Under the pieces are notes generated by a model. It was given only the letters and a program-made list of their open reading frames with translations, searched no databases and had not been told where the DNA came from. Shown one piece after another: positions 62,900 through 64,000 of a stretch of DNA of 64,000 bases. The stretch's first letter is position 1. Each line of letters opens with the position of its first letter. The position numbers and the translations under genes were made by a program. Origin of the DNA: Squalus acanthias. Lineage: Eukaryota. The DNA is taken from the NCBI GenBank assembly GCA_030390025.1, contig CM059452.1, forward strand, positions 7,998,001-8,062,000, written 5' to 3'.

Positions 62900-64000
62900 A
62901 CTGTACCCTCACTCCCCCACCAGAGAGAGTGGAAACAGAGATATGGGAAAGTGCAATTGATAACCCACTGTCCCCCCACTCCCGCACCAGAGAGAGTGGA
63001 AAGGGCAATTGTTAATCCACTGTACCCCCACTCCCCCAACAGAGAGAGGGGAAAGGGTAATTGTTAACCCACTGTACCTCCCACTCCCCCACCAGAGAGA
63101 GGGGAAAGGGCAATTGTTAACACACTGTACCTCCCACTCCCCCACCAGAGAGAGGGGAAAGGGCAATTGTTAACCCACTGTACCCCTACTCCCCCACCAG
63201 AGAGAGGGGAAAGGGCAATTGTTAACCCACTGTACCCCCACTCCCCCACCAGAGAGAGGGGAAAGGGCAATTGTTAACCCACTGTACCCACCACTCCCCC
63301 ACCAGAGAGAGGGGAAAGGGTATTTGTTAACTCACTGTATCCCCACTCCTCCAGCAGAGAGAGGAGAAATTGTAATTGTTAACCCACTGTACCTCACTCA
63401 CCAGAGAGAGGGGAAAGGGCAATTGATAACCCACTGTAACCACCCCCCCCCCGACTCCCCCACCAGAGAGAGGGGAAAGGGCATTTGATAACCCACTGTA
63501 CCCCCACTCCCACACCAGAGAGAGGGGAAAGGGCAATTGTTAACCCACTGTACCTCCCACTTCCCGACCAGAGAGAGGGGAAAGGGCAATTGTTAACCCA
63601 CTGTACCCCCCACTCCCACACCAGAGAGAGGGGAAAGGGCAATTGTTAACACAATGTACCCCCCACTCCCCCACCAGAGAGAGGGGAAAGGGCAATTGTT
63701 AACCCACTGTACCTCCCCACATCCCCACCAAAGAGAGGGAAAAGGGAAGTTGTTAACCCTGTATCTCCCCCCACCCCCCAGTCCGCCACCAGTGGGAGGG
63801 CACAGGGCAATTGTTAACTCGCTGTCCCTCCCACTCCTCCACCAGAGAGAGGGGAAAGGGCAATTGTTAACCCACTGTACCTCCCACACCCCACCAGATA
63901 GAGAGGAAAGTGTAATTGTTAACCCACTGTACCCCCCACTCCCCCAAGTGCGAGAGGGTAAAGGGCAATTGTTAACCCATTGTACTCCCACTCCCCCACC
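62900..64000. repeat. ~52-bp tandem repeat running off the window
   Basis: Unit cccactcccccaccagagagaggggaaagggcaattgttaacccactgtacc. Confidence 0.95.

Overview
Eukaryotic genomic DNA from a cartilaginous fish (shark-type CR1/HE1/DeuSINE repeats, shark IgM and NAR-TCR sequences), covering part of the T-cell receptor alpha/delta V region. 1-41 kb holds about 18 TCR V segments or relics in both orientations, most with leader exon, intron, V exon and a 23-type RSS, mixed with LINEs and satellites. 42.8-46.6 kb is a complete NAR-TCR cassette: leader + NAR-type V(22-RSS), D(12/12), J(23-RSS) and a leaderless supporting V-delta. The supporting V-delta RSS is amplified into an 11-unit ~60-bp tandem array containing two perfect 23-RSSs. 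Downstream on the same strand is an IgM heavy-chain relic: a JH whose RSS is replaced by satellite, and an isolated secretory Cmu4 exon; no Cmu1-3 were found. Several V genes carry a co-oriented CTCF-like motif just beyond the RSS. All calls come from manual reading and translation; no searches were run, and the species cannot be determined.
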